Assembly: GCA_052085045.1 (NCBI GenBank)
Contig: JBQDFB010000003.1
Coordinates: 10,391 to 74,390 of the forward strand
DNA from: Microbacteriaceae bacterium
GTDB taxonomy: Bacteria > Actinomycetota > Actinomycetes > Actinomycetales > Microbacteriaceae
Reading direction: 5' to 3'
DNA: 64,000 nucleotides
The position numbers and the translations under genes were made by a program. Numbering within the stretch: position 1 is the stretch's first letter; each line of letters opens with the position of its first letter. Positions 22,593 to 31,909 of the stretch are shown here, in pieces. Under the pieces are notes generated by a model. The model saw only the letters and a program-made list of their open reading frames with translations. It did no database searches and had not been told where the DNA came from.

Positions 22593-22654
22593 GTTCACCG
22601 GTTGCACGACTTTCCTTCACCGGCTGTCCTCAATTCGGTTTCCGTTCACCTCGG
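22593..22654 (+). promoter_or_regulatory. PHO-box-like GTTCACC repeats in the divergent GT4-SGNH/dedA promoter
   Basis: GTTCACC at 22593, CTTCACC at 22615 (22 nt later), GTTCACC at 22644. Confidence 0.5.
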
Positions 22655-22671
22655 AGACGCAGGGTGAGGAG

Positions 22672-23292
22672 GTGATTCCAGACGTGCTCCTCGACGCCGT
22701 CCACGGTCCGTGGGCTCTGATCGTGATGACGCTGCTCGTGCTCGGAGATGCGTTCTTCGTGATCGTCCCGGGCGAGATCGCCGTCACTGCGCTCGGCGCG
22801 TTGTCGATCTCGTCCGGCGCACCGCCGCTGTGGGCTGTGATCGCCTGCGCCGCCGTGGCCGCAGCAGGCGGGGACATGCTCTGCTATGGGATCGGACGAT
22901 GGGCGGGTGTCGAGCGCTGGCGCTGGATGCGGGCACCGCGGGTGCAGCGCGCCAGAGAATGGGCGCGGGCCCGACTGGAGTCCGGCACCGCTGTGGTGCT
23001 GTTCACGGCCCGCTTCATTCCGTTCGCTCGTCTCGCCGTCAACCTCGTCGCCGGGGCGACGCGCATACCCATTCCCCGGTACGCCGGCCTGGTCGCCCTC
23101 GCCGCGGCCGGCTGGGCGACCTACCAGGCCGCTGTCGGAGCCGTCTTCGCCGCGATCCTCCCGGGCGGTCCTGTGGTCGCGATCGTGGTGTCCGTGCTGG
23201 TCGCCATCGCAGTCGGAGCGCTGATCGACCTGGTGATCCGCCGTCGGACGCGCCGCCGATCGACCTATCCGTCACCGGCCCCGCCGGACTAG
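22672..23292 (+). CDS. DedA family membrane protein
   Basis: DAFFVIVPGE, GDMLCYGIGR, ARFIPFAR. Confidence 0.9.
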   Translation: MIPDVLLDAVHGPWALIVMTLLVLGDAFFVIVPGEIAVTALGALSISSGAPPLWAVIACAAVAAAGGDMLCYGIGRWAGVERWRWMRAPRVQRAREWARARLESGTAVVLFTARFIPFARLAVNLVAGATRIPIPRYAGLVALAAAGWATYQAAVGAVFAAILPGGPVVAIVVSVLVAIAVGALIDLVIRRRTRRRSTYPSPAPPD

Positions 23293-23301
23293 GCTGGGAG
23301 C

Positions 23302-23481
23302 ATGAGCACCGAAGAAGGCGCTGACACTCCGTCTGAGGAGATGAAGCGCAAGTTCAAGGAAGCGCTCGAGAAGAAGAACGCTCACCATCGCGACGGAGAG
23401 TCGCACCTGGACGGCGAATCCGCCGTCCACGCGGTGAGCGCACCGCAGACGCGGCGCGAGTTCCGACGCAAGAGCGGTTGA
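23302..23481 (+). CDS. DUF5302-like small protein (59 aa, absent from ORF track)
   Basis: MSTEEGADTPSEEMKRKFKEALEKK...RREFRRKSG; TAGGCT-N6-ATG start. Confidence 0.85.
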   Translation: MSTEEGADTPSEEMKRKFKEALEKKNAHHRDGESHLDGESAVHAVSAPQTRREFRRKSG

Positions 23482-23488
23482 CCGTCGA

Positions 23489-23521
23489 GAAGGCGCCGGA
23501 CCATGCAGGTCCGGCGCCTTC
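23489..23521. terminator. Bidirectional stem-loop between convergent genes
   Basis: GAAGGCGCCGGACC-ATGCA-GGTCCGGCGCCTTC perfect 14-bp stem. Confidence 0.8.
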
Positions 23522-23566
23522 CTCATGGCCTATAACTCCCATGGTCCCGTGCCGCGGGGCCATGTG

Positions 23567-24211
23567 TCACTCGCCGGCGAGGCCGCCCAGCAGGTGTCCG
23601 AACGAACGTCCCTCACCGAGGTAGTTGGCCGGGTCGAACGGGTCGCTCGAGGTGACGGCATCCTTACGGGCGACGGCCTCGGCCAGTTCCCCCGCTCCCT
23701 TCTCGACGCGCGCGCTCAAGGGAGCGACGTCGTCTCCCCCGCCGCCCCAATCGCTGGATGCCGCGAATACGCCCGTCGAGACCGCCTCGGCGTGCAGGTA
23801 GGCGAACAGTGGCCGGATCGCGTAGTCGATCGCGAGCGAGTGCCGTGGCGTGCCGGCGTTCGCACCGATCAGCACGGGCTTGCCGGTGAGGGCATCCGGG
23901 TCGAGCACATCGATGAACGATTTGAACAGCCCGGAGTAGCTCGTGGAGAAGATCGGCGTCACCGCGATCAGCGCATCGGCCGAGTACACCGAGTTGATCG
24001 CCGACTCCAGCGCCGCCGGCGCGAAGCCGGTGAGCAGGTTGTCGGTGATGCCGTGCGCGAGGTCACGCAGTTCGATCACGTCGATGGTGGCTTCGATGTC
24101 GCGCTCAGCGAGCTGCTTCACGGTCTCCGCGGCGAGTCTGTCCGCCAGCATCCGCGTCGATGACGGGTTCGAGAGTCCGGCCGAGATGACGGCGATGCGG
24201 CGCTCTGCCAT
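23567..24211 (-). CDS. NAD(P)H-dependent FMN reductase (LLM partner)
   Basis: SAGLSNPSSTRMLAD, TPIFSTSYSGLFKSF, AGTPRHSL. Confidence 0.9.
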   Translation of the reverse strand: MAERRIAVISAGLSNPSSTRMLADRLAAETVKQLAERDIEATIDVIELRDLAHGITDNLLTGFAPAALESAINSVYSADALIAVTPIFSTSYSGLFKSFIDVLDPDALTGKPVLIGANAGTPRHSLAIDYAIRPLFAYLHAEAVSTGVFAASSDWGGGGDDVAPLSARVEKGAGELAEAVARKDAVTSSDPFDPANYLGEGRSFGHLLGGLAGE

Positions 24212-24213
24212 GA

Positions 24214-25440
24214 TCAGGCTCCCTTCCGGCCCAGGCCGAATGCGGTACCCGCGGGTTCGGGGGTGTCCTGGTACGGGGATCCTGCGGTGAGGTTGTCGCC
24301 GCGGTTGACACCGGGGCGTGCCTCGCGCGCCGGCCCGTCGCCGTAGATCGCCTTGACGCGCGCGGCATGGGTCGGGCCATCCGGAACGCTCGCCGGGCGG
24401 TTCTTCGTCAGCTCTCTGCGCAGGGCGGGCACCACTTCGCCGCCGAGGATGTCGAGCTGCTCCAGGACGGTCTTCAGCGGGAGACCTGCGTGATCGATGA
24501 GGAACAGCTGGCGCTGGTAGTCGCCGAACGTGTCGCGCATAGCCGCGTAGCGGTCGATGACCTGCTGCGGCGAGCCGACGGTCAGCGGCGTCATCTCGGT
24601 GAAGTCCTCCATGCTGGGGCCGTGACCGTAGACGGGCGCGTTGTCGAAGTACGGACGGAACTCGTTCACGGCATCCTGCGAATTGGCGCGCATGAACACC
24701 TGTCCGCCGATGCCGACGATGGCCTGCTCAGGCGCGCCGTGGCCGTAGTGCGCGAAGCGCTGCCGGTACAGCTCGATCAGGCGCTGGTAGTGCTCCTTGG
24801 GCCAGAAGATGTTGTTCGCGAAGAAGCCGTCGCCGTAGTAGGCGGCCTGCTCGGCGATCTCCGGAGTGCGGATCGAGCCGTGCCACACGAACGGAGCCAC
24901 CCCGTCGAGCGGACGCGGGACGGAGGTGAAGCCCTGCAGGGGCGAGCGGAACTTGCCCTCCCAGTCGACGACGTCCTCGTCCCAGAGCTTGCGCAGCAGC
25001 GCATAGTGCTCGATGGCGAGGGGCAGGCCCTGGCGGATGTCCTGACCGAACCACGGGTAGACGGGGCCGGTATTGCCGCGGCCGAGCATGAGGTCGGTGC
25101 GGCCGTCGGAGATGTGCTGCAGCATCGCGAAGTCTTCGGCGATCTTCACGGGGTCGTTCGTGGTGATCAGCGTCGTCGAGGTCGACAGGATGATGCGCTC
25201 GGTCTGCGCCGCGATCGCGGCGAGGGTCGTGGTCGGCGACGACGACCAGAACGGCGGGTTGTGGTGCTCGCCGATCGCGTAGACGTCGAGACCGACCTCT
25301 TCGGCGTGCTTGGCGATCGTGAGAGCGTCCTTGATCTTCTGGCGCTCGCTGGGGGTCTCCCCCGTGACCGGGTTCTGGGTGACGTCACTGACGGTGAAGA
25401 GTCCGAACTGGATGCCTGAGGTCTGGGCCTGGTCGCTCAT
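24214..25440 (-). CDS. Luciferase-like (LLM class) flavin-dependent monooxygenase
   Basis: GEHHNPPFWSSSPT, TTNDPVKIAEDFA, GRGNTGPVYPWFG. Confidence 0.92.
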   Translation of the reverse strand: MSDQAQTSGIQFGLFTVSDVTQNPVTGETPSERQKIKDALTIAKHAEEVGLDVYAIGEHHNPPFWSSSPTTTLAAIAAQTERIILSTSTTLITTNDPVKIAEDFAMLQHISDGRTDLMLGRGNTGPVYPWFGQDIRQGLPLAIEHYALLRKLWDEDVVDWEGKFRSPLQGFTSVPRPLDGVAPFVWHGSIRTPEIAEQAAYYGDGFFANNIFWPKEHYQRLIELYRQRFAHYGHGAPEQAIVGIGGQVFMRANSQDAVNEFRPYFDNAPVYGHGPSMEDFTEMTPLTVGSPQQVIDRYAAMRDTFGDYQRQLFLIDHAGLPLKTVLEQLDILGGEVVPALRRELTKNRPASVPDGPTHAARVKAIYGDGPAREARPGVNRGDNLTAGSPYQDTPEPAGTAFGLGRKGA

Positions 25441-25511
25441 GATGTGATGCTCCGGGTTCTCGAGGCGGATGCGGTGGCATCCGTGTCTATGCAACTGAAT
25501 GTACCTGTTAC

Positions 25512-25536
25512 AACGTCACCCAGGCAACTCTATTCC
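25512..25536 (-). promoter_or_regulatory. SigH/SigR-like ECF promoter upstream of the LLM gene
   Basis: Minus strand GGAA-N18-GTT. Confidence 0.55.
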
Positions 25537-25555
25537 CGACCGATACCCTCAGGGG

Positions 25556-26683
25556 ATGAGCAGTACCCCACAGACCGGATCGTTCTCCGGCTCGGCCGTC
25601 CGACCGCGCAGACGCGTTCCGTTCTGGGACAACGCACGTTACGCCTGCATCGTCCTGGTCGTCCTCGGCCACGCGATTCAGCGTCTGACCTACGACTCCG
25701 ACATCGCGATGGCGCTGTACCTGTCGTTCTACGCGTTCCATATGCCGGCGTTCGCGATCATCGCCGGCTATTTCTCGAAGTCGACGCCGCCGACCAAACG
25801 GCAGATGTCACGGGTGATCACCGACATCCTCGTGCCGTATGTCATCTTCGAGGTGCTGTGGGCTCTGACCAAGTGGGCTTTCAAGGGCGAGGTGAACCCG
25901 AACCTCACGCAGCCGTCGTGGACGCTGTGGTTCCTGCTCGCGCTCGGCATCTTCCGCCTGGTGCTCCCCTACCTGTCACTGCTGCGCTGGCCGCTGGTGT
26001 GGGCAGTGCTCATCTCGGTCGGCGCCGGGTACCTGCCGAACGTCGACAGCACATTCTCGCTCTCGCGCACCCTCGGCTTCCTCCCGTTCTTCGTGCTCGG
26101 CTGGTGGGTGCACGAGCACGACCTCGTGAACCGACTGCGGCTGATCGATTTCCGTCCGTGGTGGCTGCGCGCCATCGCCCTGCTCGTCTTCGCCGTCGAC
26201 GGGTTCATCGCGTGGAACTGGGTGAACGTCTGGAAGGGCGTCGACCTCGACACCTGGTTCTTCTACAACGACTCGTACTCCGACCTGGGCTCGCAGGAGT
26301 GGTGGTCCGGCGGCATACGCCTGCTGCTGATCGTCATCGGCCTGGTGCTCAGCGTGGCATTCTTCGCTCTCATCCCCCGAGGAAGCCACTGGTGGACGAA
26401 GTTCGGGCAGTACACGATGTATGTCTACCTGTTGCACTCGTTCGTGCTGTACCCGTTCCGCGAATCGGGCGTTCTGCGCTACGCGGAGCCGACCTGGATC
26501 TGGCTGCCGAGCGTCATCGTGCTTTCGGTCGCGATCGCCCTCGCTCTTGCCACCAAGCCCGTGCGCTGGGTGTTCCGGCCCCTGGTCGAACCGCGGGCAC
26601 GCTGGCTGTTCTCGGACGAACGCCTCGCGGAGACCTCTCGCCGAGAAGACCCGACCGGCTCGCGCCGCCCGAGGGATCGCTGA
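25556..26683 (+). CDS. Acyltransferase family 3 membrane protein
   Basis: WDNARY..IVLVVLGH, YAFHMPAF, LWFLLAL, YTMYVYLLH; multiple TM helices. Confidence 0.9.
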   Translation: MSSTPQTGSFSGSAVRPRRRVPFWDNARYACIVLVVLGHAIQRLTYDSDIAMALYLSFYAFHMPAFAIIAGYFSKSTPPTKRQMSRVITDILVPYVIFEVLWALTKWAFKGEVNPNLTQPSWTLWFLLALGIFRLVLPYLSLLRWPLVWAVLISVGAGYLPNVDSTFSLSRTLGFLPFFVLGWWVHEHDLVNRLRLIDFRPWWLRAIALLVFAVDGFIAWNWVNVWKGVDLDTWFFYNDSYSDLGSQEWWSGGIRLLLIVIGLVLSVAFFALIPRGSHWWTKFGQYTMYVYLLHSFVLYPFRESGVLRYAEPTWIWLPSVIVLSVAIALALATKPVRWVFRPLVEPRARWLFSDERLAETSRREDPTGSRRPRDR

Positions 26684-27139
26684 TCATTCGGCGGGCACGT
26701 CCGCACGGATGTGCCGTGCCGCATGCGCGACGTACCAGATGAGCACCACCAGCAGCAGCAGTTCCGCCGCGACGTAACCGTAGTGCAGCCAGGACTCACC
26801 GGGATCGCCACCGGCGATGATGATGTCGCTGCGCGCCGCGAGGGCCGGTCGGATGACGAACGATTCCACGACCATCACGAGCCACATCGCGCCGATCAGC
26901 AGCCAGCCGCGCCGCGACTCGCGCGGACGGGCCTGGCCGATCAGAGTCAGCACGAGCAGGATGATCCAACCCGCCACCGACAGTGCGATGAAAACCAGTC
27001 GCCCGAGCCCGAGGCCCAGCGCCGTGGTGATCCCGGGTGCCAGGAACTTCAGCGGCGTCTCCATGAAGCTCAGCCCCACGATCAGCCCGATCCACATGGC
27101 CGGCAGTAACAAACGAAGCGCAATCCACAGTCGAGGCAC
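26684..27139 (-). CDS. Hypothetical 4-TM membrane protein (DUF4149-like)
   Basis: SFMETPLKFLAPG..LGLGRLVF, LHYGYV; hydrophobic helices. Confidence 0.72.
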   Translation of the reverse strand: MPRLWIALRLLLPAMWIGLIVGLSFMETPLKFLAPGITTALGLGLGRLVFIALSVAGWIILLVLTLIGQARPRESRRGWLLIGAMWLVMVVESFVIRPALAARSDIIIAGGDPGESWLHYGYVAAELLLLVVLIWYVAHAARHIRADVPAE

Positions 27140-27214
27140 GCATCCAGGCTAGCCGCGACGAGATATCGCGAAACACTCGGGCCGGGGTGCGTGAACCCGA
27201 CGTACTCTCAGGGC

Positions 27215-28222
27215 ATGGCTGATCTGAACCTCCCCGTGCTCGACTTCTCTCTGCTCGATCAGGGACCGGATGCGGCCGCGAAGTTCCGTGACGAGTTGCG
27301 CGCCGCGACCCACGATGTCGGGTTCTTCTACCTCACCGGAACCGGTGTGACCCCTGAGCTCTCCGAGCGGCTTCGGCGGGCGGCGCGCGACTTCTTCGCC
27401 CTGCCCGAAGACGAGAAGCTCGCGATCGAGAATGTGAAGAGCCCGCATTTCCGCGGTTACACGCGCACGGGCGGCGAGCTGACCCAGGGAAAGGTCGACT
27501 GGCGCGAGCAGATCGACATCGGCCCGGAGCGGGATGCCGTCGACGAAGGCCCGACGTTCAACCGACTCGTCGGCCCGAATCTCTGGCCGTCGACCCAGCC
27601 CGAACTGCGTGCGGTCGCCGAGGAATGGCATGCGCACCTCAGCAGCGTCGCACGCAAGCTGATGCGTAGTTGGGCGTTGGTTCTGGGAGCCGACGAGTCG
27701 CACTTCGACTCCAGTTTCGATGACCCGGCGACACTGATGAAGATCGTGCGGTATCCCGGCACGGATGCTCCGGAACCGCAGCAGGGCGTCGGGGCGCATA
27801 AGGACGGCGGCGTGCTGACGCTGCTGTGGGTCGAGCCGGGCAAGGGCGGTCTGCAAGTTGAGCGGGGGGGCACGTGGGTCGATGCGCCCTCCGTGGACGG
27901 CGCGTTCGTCGTCAACATCGGCGAGATGCTCGAGTACGCCACCGGCGGTTACCTCAAGGCCACGAACCACCGGGTGATCTCACCGAAGGCTCCCGACGAC
28001 CGCATCTCGGTGCCGTTCTTCTTCAACCCGGCCCTCGATGCGCAGGTGCCGATCATTGAACTGCCCGAAGATCTGAAAGCCGAGTCGCTCGGGGTGAGCG
28101 ATGAGTCCTCGAACCCGATCCACGGTCTGTACGGCGAGAACGCCCTCCGGTACCGGTTGCGGGCGCATCCGAACGTCGCCGAGATCCACCACGCAGATCT
28201 GCTGGGCGCTCAGAGCGTCTGA
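27215..28222 (+). CDS. Isopenicillin N synthase family 2OG-Fe(II) dioxygenase
   Basis: LPVLDFS, VGFFYL, HKD...H iron triad (GAHKDGG, ATNHRV), RISVPFF. Confidence 0.92.
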   Translation: MADLNLPVLDFSLLDQGPDAAAKFRDELRAATHDVGFFYLTGTGVTPELSERLRRAARDFFALPEDEKLAIENVKSPHFRGYTRTGGELTQGKVDWREQIDIGPERDAVDEGPTFNRLVGPNLWPSTQPELRAVAEEWHAHLSSVARKLMRSWALVLGADESHFDSSFDDPATLMKIVRYPGTDAPEPQQGVGAHKDGGVLTLLWVEPGKGGLQVERGGTWVDAPSVDGAFVVNIGEMLEYATGGYLKATNHRVISPKAPDDRISVPFFFNPALDAQVPIIELPEDLKAESLGVSDESSNPIHGLYGENALRYRLRAHPNVAEIHHADLLGAQSV

Positions 28223-28551
28223 CCGCCGGTCTCGACGATTGCCCGGAGCGCCTGCAGGTGCGCGGCGAAGGCTTTCTGCCCCGCACCGGTAGAGCGCACC
28301 CAGGTTCTGGGACGGCTGCCGACATACCCCTTGCGCGCGGCGATATAGCCGGCCGCCTGCAGATGCGAGATCGCTTTGCTGAGGGCGGAGTCTCCTGCCT
28401 GGATGATGTCGGCAAGAGTCCCGAAGTCGATCTCGATGCCCTCCGAGAGCGATGCCATCAGCGAGAAGCGGATGGGACTGGCGAAGCTGTCGTCCAAGCG
28501 CAGACGCGGATGCGGCTCGCGCGCACGCGCGTCGTCCGCTTGGGCGGTCAT
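28210..28551 (-). CDS. Winged-helix (MarR/ArsR-like, HTH_34-type) transcriptional regulator
   Basis: LDDSFASPIRFSLMASL, DSALSK..LQAAGYI..RKGYVGSRPRTWV. Confidence 0.85.
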   Translation of the reverse strand: MTAQADDARAREPHPRLRLDDSFASPIRFSLMASLSEGIEIDFGTLADIIQAGDSALSKAISHLQAAGYIAARKGYVGSRPRTWVRSTGAGQKAFAAHLQALRAIVETGGQTL

Positions 28552-28573
28552 CGGTGCTCAGCATTCCGCCGGT

Positions 28574-29452
28574 TCACGCGTGCTCACCGACCCTGTCGCC
28601 ACGCCGCTCCAACACGACGAAGAGCACCGCGATGATCGCGCCGACGCCGCCAGCCGCGATCCACGTGGCCGGACCGAGCAGTGTCGGGGAGGCGATGACC
28701 ATGACGAGCACGACGGCGGAGGCCGCCATGAGCGCCCAGTGCGGCCAGCGCCATGCGGCGCCGATGCTCGGCAGCCCCCACGGCTTCGAGTAACTGAGGA
28801 TCCAGACGACGAGGCCGAGCAGAGGAATCATCGTCGCCACGGCGGAGACGAAATCGTTGGGAACCGCAGCCACGAAGATCGCCGCCCCCATCATCAGACC
28901 GATCACGGCCGTCCCGGTTGATTCGACGCGAGACAACGAGCGGTGAGCACGCCGGCTCACCCCGCTCGACCCACGAGCGAGTGCCAACTGTCTGATCCCG
29001 CGCGACAAAAAGGCGACGAAGGCGATGGCGCCGGGAACGAAGAAGAACGGTTCGGGGATCTGCGCGTCGAGAAGACGGAGCACGAACATGGCCGCGAAGC
29101 CGACGACGAGGACGACGATCAGTGCGCTCCAGCCCCACCATGAGTACCCCGTCGGTCGGCGCTGGGCACCGTTGCGCTCCTGCAGGCCCGCGCTGAGCTG
29201 GATCCACAGCCCCATGGCTACCAGCAGAAGAGGGAATGTCGCGCCCGCTTCACCGCGAAGCATGCTGAGCGCCAGCGTCACGTAGGCGCCGAGAACGGCA
29301 CCGCTCACGATGTCCAGCCACCCCATCGCACGGCGGTCGATGCGCTCGTCGCGTCGTTTCTCGACGGCTCCGATCCCATCGAGGTACGCCTTTGCCACAT
29401 CGGGCGACGGCGGCTCTGGCGACACGGATGCTGGTGCGTCGCGCTGATCCAT
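28574..29452 (-). CDS. Hypothetical multi-pass membrane protein
   Basis: About 8 hydrophobic segments; GGAGG RBS; co-oriented with the regulator. Confidence 0.75.
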   Translation of the reverse strand: MDQRDAPASVSPEPPSPDVAKAYLDGIGAVEKRRDERIDRRAMGWLDIVSGAVLGAYVTLALSMLRGEAGATFPLLLVAMGLWIQLSAGLQERNGAQRRPTGYSWWGWSALIVVLVVGFAAMFVLRLLDAQIPEPFFFVPGAIAFVAFLSRGIRQLALARGSSGVSRRAHRSLSRVESTGTAVIGLMMGAAIFVAAVPNDFVSAVATMIPLLGLVVWILSYSKPWGLPSIGAAWRWPHWALMAASAVVLVMVIASPTLLGPATWIAAGGVGAIIAVLFVVLERRGDRVGEHA

Positions 29453-29470
29453 CGGGTGCCTCCTCCGCCG

Positions 29471-29512
29471 ACTTTCCTCGTGGAAAGTTCAATCACTTTC
29501 CTACCGGAAAGT
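29471..29512. promoter_or_regulatory. Tandem palindromic operator
   Basis: ACTTTCC-N4-GGAAAGT at 29471-29488 and 29495-29512. Confidence 0.78.
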
Positions 29513-29552
29513 TGATGAGGAGTCAATGACTCCGCGGGCTTAGCCTGGCTCC

Positions 29553-30080
29553 ATGTCTGAGCAGTTCTTCACCGTCGGCCATTCCGACCGACCGATCGAT
29601 GACTTCATCGCGCTGCTGCGATCGGCTGGGATCGAGAACGTCGTGGATGTGCGCAGGCTGCCCGGGTCCCGACGGCATCCGCAGTTCGATGAGGACTCTC
29701 TGCGCGAATCGCTCGGCGCCGCAAGCATCCGTCTCGATCGCATCGCCGAGCTCGGCGGCCGCCGGCCGGTGTCGCACGTCGTGCCTTTCGAGACCAATGC
29801 GTTCTGGCAGAACAGGAGCTTCCACAATTACGCCGACCATGCGCTCTCCGAAGAATTCCGCACCGGGCTCGACCGGTTGCTCACCCTCGGGCGCGAGCGA
29901 CGGACGACCGTCATGTGCTCGGAGGCCGTCTGGTGGCGGTGCCATCGGAGGATCATCGCCGACCATCTGCTCGCCCGCGGTGAGGAAGTCTTCCATTTGA
30001 TGGGACAGGAACGCAGACAACCGGCGGAGTTCACGGAGGGGGCCGTCGTCGACGGCACCGATGTCGTCTACCCCGTCTGA
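29553..30080 (+). CDS. DUF488 family protein
   Basis: FTVGHS, VDVRRLPGSRRHPQF, LGGRR, MCSEAVWWRCHRRIIAD. Confidence 0.92.
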   Translation: MSEQFFTVGHSDRPIDDFIALLRSAGIENVVDVRRLPGSRRHPQFDEDSLRESLGAASIRLDRIAELGGRRPVSHVVPFETNAFWQNRSFHNYADHALSEEFRTGLDRLLTLGRERRTTVMCSEAVWWRCHRRIIADHLLARGEEVFHLMGQERRQPAEFTEGAVVDGTDVVYPV

Positions 30081-30094
30081 GCGCCGGGAACGAC

Positions 30095-30124
30095 GAAGGC
30101 CGCCCCACACCCGGGGCGGCCTTC
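30095..30124. terminator. Stem-loop between convergent DUF488 gene and rpsO
   Basis: GAAGGCCGCCCC...GGGGCGGCCTTC. Confidence 0.78.
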
Positions 30125-30162
30125 CAAGAAAGTTTTGCGCGATTGAACGCTGGTCGAATGCC

Positions 30163-30432
30163 TTATCGGCGAAGCCCCAGACGCTGGATCAGCGAGCGGT
30201 AGCGCTCGATGTCCACGCTCTGAAGGTAGCCGAGCAGACGACGGCGCTGACCGACGAGCAGGAACAGCCCACGACGCGAGTGGTGGTCGTGCTTGTGCTC
30301 CTTGAGGTGCTCGGTGAGGTCCTTGATGCGCTGCGTCAGCATTGCGGCCTGCACCTCGGGGGATCCGGTGTCACCGGGGTGCGTCGCGTACTCTTCGATG
30401 ATCGCCTTCTTGACGTCTGCTTCCAGTGCCAT
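30163..30432 (-). CDS. rpsO: 30S ribosomal protein S15
   Basis: [24 protein letters not shown]. Confidence 0.98.
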   Translation of the reverse strand: MALEADVKKAIIEEYATHPGDTGSPEVQAAMLTQRIKDLTEHLKEHKHDHHSRRGLFLLVGQRRRLLGYLQSVDIERYRSLIQRLGLRR

Positions 30433-30520
30433 AGATTCGATCCCCTTCCACTCGTTGCGCGGCGCCCGACGCCTGATGCGAGGGCTCTCTTTATCCGCGG
30501 CCGATCAAACGGCAACCTGT
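30433..30520 (-). promoter_or_regulatory. Putative rpsO 5' leader (S15 autoregulatory RNA)
   Basis: TAGACT -10 element followed by about 90 nt of leader with GTTGC...GCAAC pairing; S15 leaders are known upstream of rpsO. Confidence 0.45.
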
Positions 30521-30599
30521 AGAGTCTACCAGTCCCCCGCCCGGATCTGGGACTCGACCAGTGCCGGGGAGAGCGCCGCAGAACGGGTAGCCTCATGAG

Positions 30600-31883
30600 G
30601 TGAACAGCGCCCTGATCGATCTGCGTCCGTTCCGGGCCAGTAAGGCGTTCACCCGGCTGTGGATCGGCTCCACACTGGCGGGCATGGGCGGCCAGCTCAC
30701 GCTCGTCACGGTCATGCTGCACGTGTTCGAGCTCACCGCCAGCACCTTCGCCGTCTCGATGGTCGCCGTCGCCGGCCTCGTGCCGATGATCCTCGCCGGT
30801 CTGTACGGCGGGATGCTGGCCGACGCCTTCGACCGCCGCATCGTCGGTCTGGTCGCCGCCGTCTTCACCTTCGTCTCGACCCTGCTGCTCGCGGTGCTCA
30901 CCTGGACGCAGCTGGAGACGATCTGGTGGCTGTACGCACTCAGCATCATCAACGCCGCCGCCAACTCCGTCGGACTCGCCACGCGCAGCGCGATCATTCC
31001 CCGGCTGCTCCCCCGCGAGCTGCTGGCATCGGCATCGGCGTTGAACGGCATCACGATCGGCATCATGGTCATGGCCGGGCCCGCTCTGGCCGGCATCCTC
31101 GTCGCCGCCACCGGTTACGGCTGGACGTACACGATCGACGTCTTCCTGATGCTCGCGATGTTCATGGGCTTGTGGACGCTCCCCGCCCTGCGTCCCGAGG
31201 GGACGATCGTTCGGCCCGGCTTGGAATCCCTCGTCGACGGCTGGCGGTTCCTCAAGCGCGCCCGCAACATCCGGATGCAGTACATCCTCGACATCATCGC
31301 GATGACGTTCGGCCAGCCGATGGCGCTGTACCCGGCACTGGGAACCGTTCTGCTCGGCGGGGGCGCCATCACCACCGGAGCCCTGACGTCTGCCGTCGCC
31401 GCAGGAACCTTCCTCTCGAGCCTGTTCTCTGGCCGCGTCGTGCGCTACCGCTGGCACGGACGCGGCATCCAGCGCGCCATCCAGGTGTACGGCGCCGCGA
31501 TCCTCGCGTTCGGCGCTGTGCTGCTCATCGGGGTCTGGATGCCGCCGGCCAGCGAGACCGCGGTCAACCTCGGGCTCGTCATCGCCGCATGCATCGCGCT
31601 GGCCGTCTCCGGCGGTGCCGACAACGTCAGCTCGATCTACCGGAGCACGATGATGCAGTCCTCGGTGCCCGACAGCATCCGCGGCCGCCTGCAGGGCATC
31701 TTCGTCATCGTCGTGACCGGCGGCCCGCGAGTGGGCGCCCTCTACGCCGGAACACTCGCGACACTCACGTCACTGTGGTTCCCGCCACTGCTGGGCGGAT
31801 TCATCGTCATCGTGCTGGTGGCGCTGCTCGTGCGACTCACGCCGCGATTCCGCGACTACGACGCGGAGAACCCCGTGCCCTGA
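30600..31883 (+). CDS. MFS transporter (EntS/DHA3-like)
   Basis: 12-TM pattern, GMLADAFDRR motif A, VPDSIRGRLQG. Confidence 0.9.
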   Translation: MNSALIDLRPFRASKAFTRLWIGSTLAGMGGQLTLVTVMLHVFELTASTFAVSMVAVAGLVPMILAGLYGGMLADAFDRRIVGLVAAVFTFVSTLLLAVLTWTQLETIWWLYALSIINAAANSVGLATRSAIIPRLLPRELLASASALNGITIGIMVMAGPALAGILVAATGYGWTYTIDVFLMLAMFMGLWTLPALRPEGTIVRPGLESLVDGWRFLKRARNIRMQYILDIIAMTFGQPMALYPALGTVLLGGGAITTGALTSAVAAGTFLSSLFSGRVVRYRWHGRGIQRAIQVYGAAILAFGAVLLIGVWMPPASETAVNLGLVIAACIALAVSGGADNVSSIYRSTMMQSSVPDSIRGRLQGIFVIVVTGGPRVGALYAGTLATLTSLWFPPLLGGFIVIVLVALLVRLTPRFRDYDAENPVP

Positions 31884-31900
31884 TGGACACGGGGTTCTCC
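31865..31900. terminator. Bidirectional stem-loop between MFS gene and yceI-like gene
   Basis: GGAGAACCCCGTG...CACGGGGTTCTCC 13-bp stem. Confidence 0.75.
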
Positions 31901-31909
31901 GGCAGAGTG

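Noticed and set aside
27205-28222. Beta-lactam or other biosynthetic cluster suggested by the IPNS-family gene
   Set aside because: No NRPS/ACV synthetase or tailoring genes nearby; stand-alone 2OG dioxygenases are common
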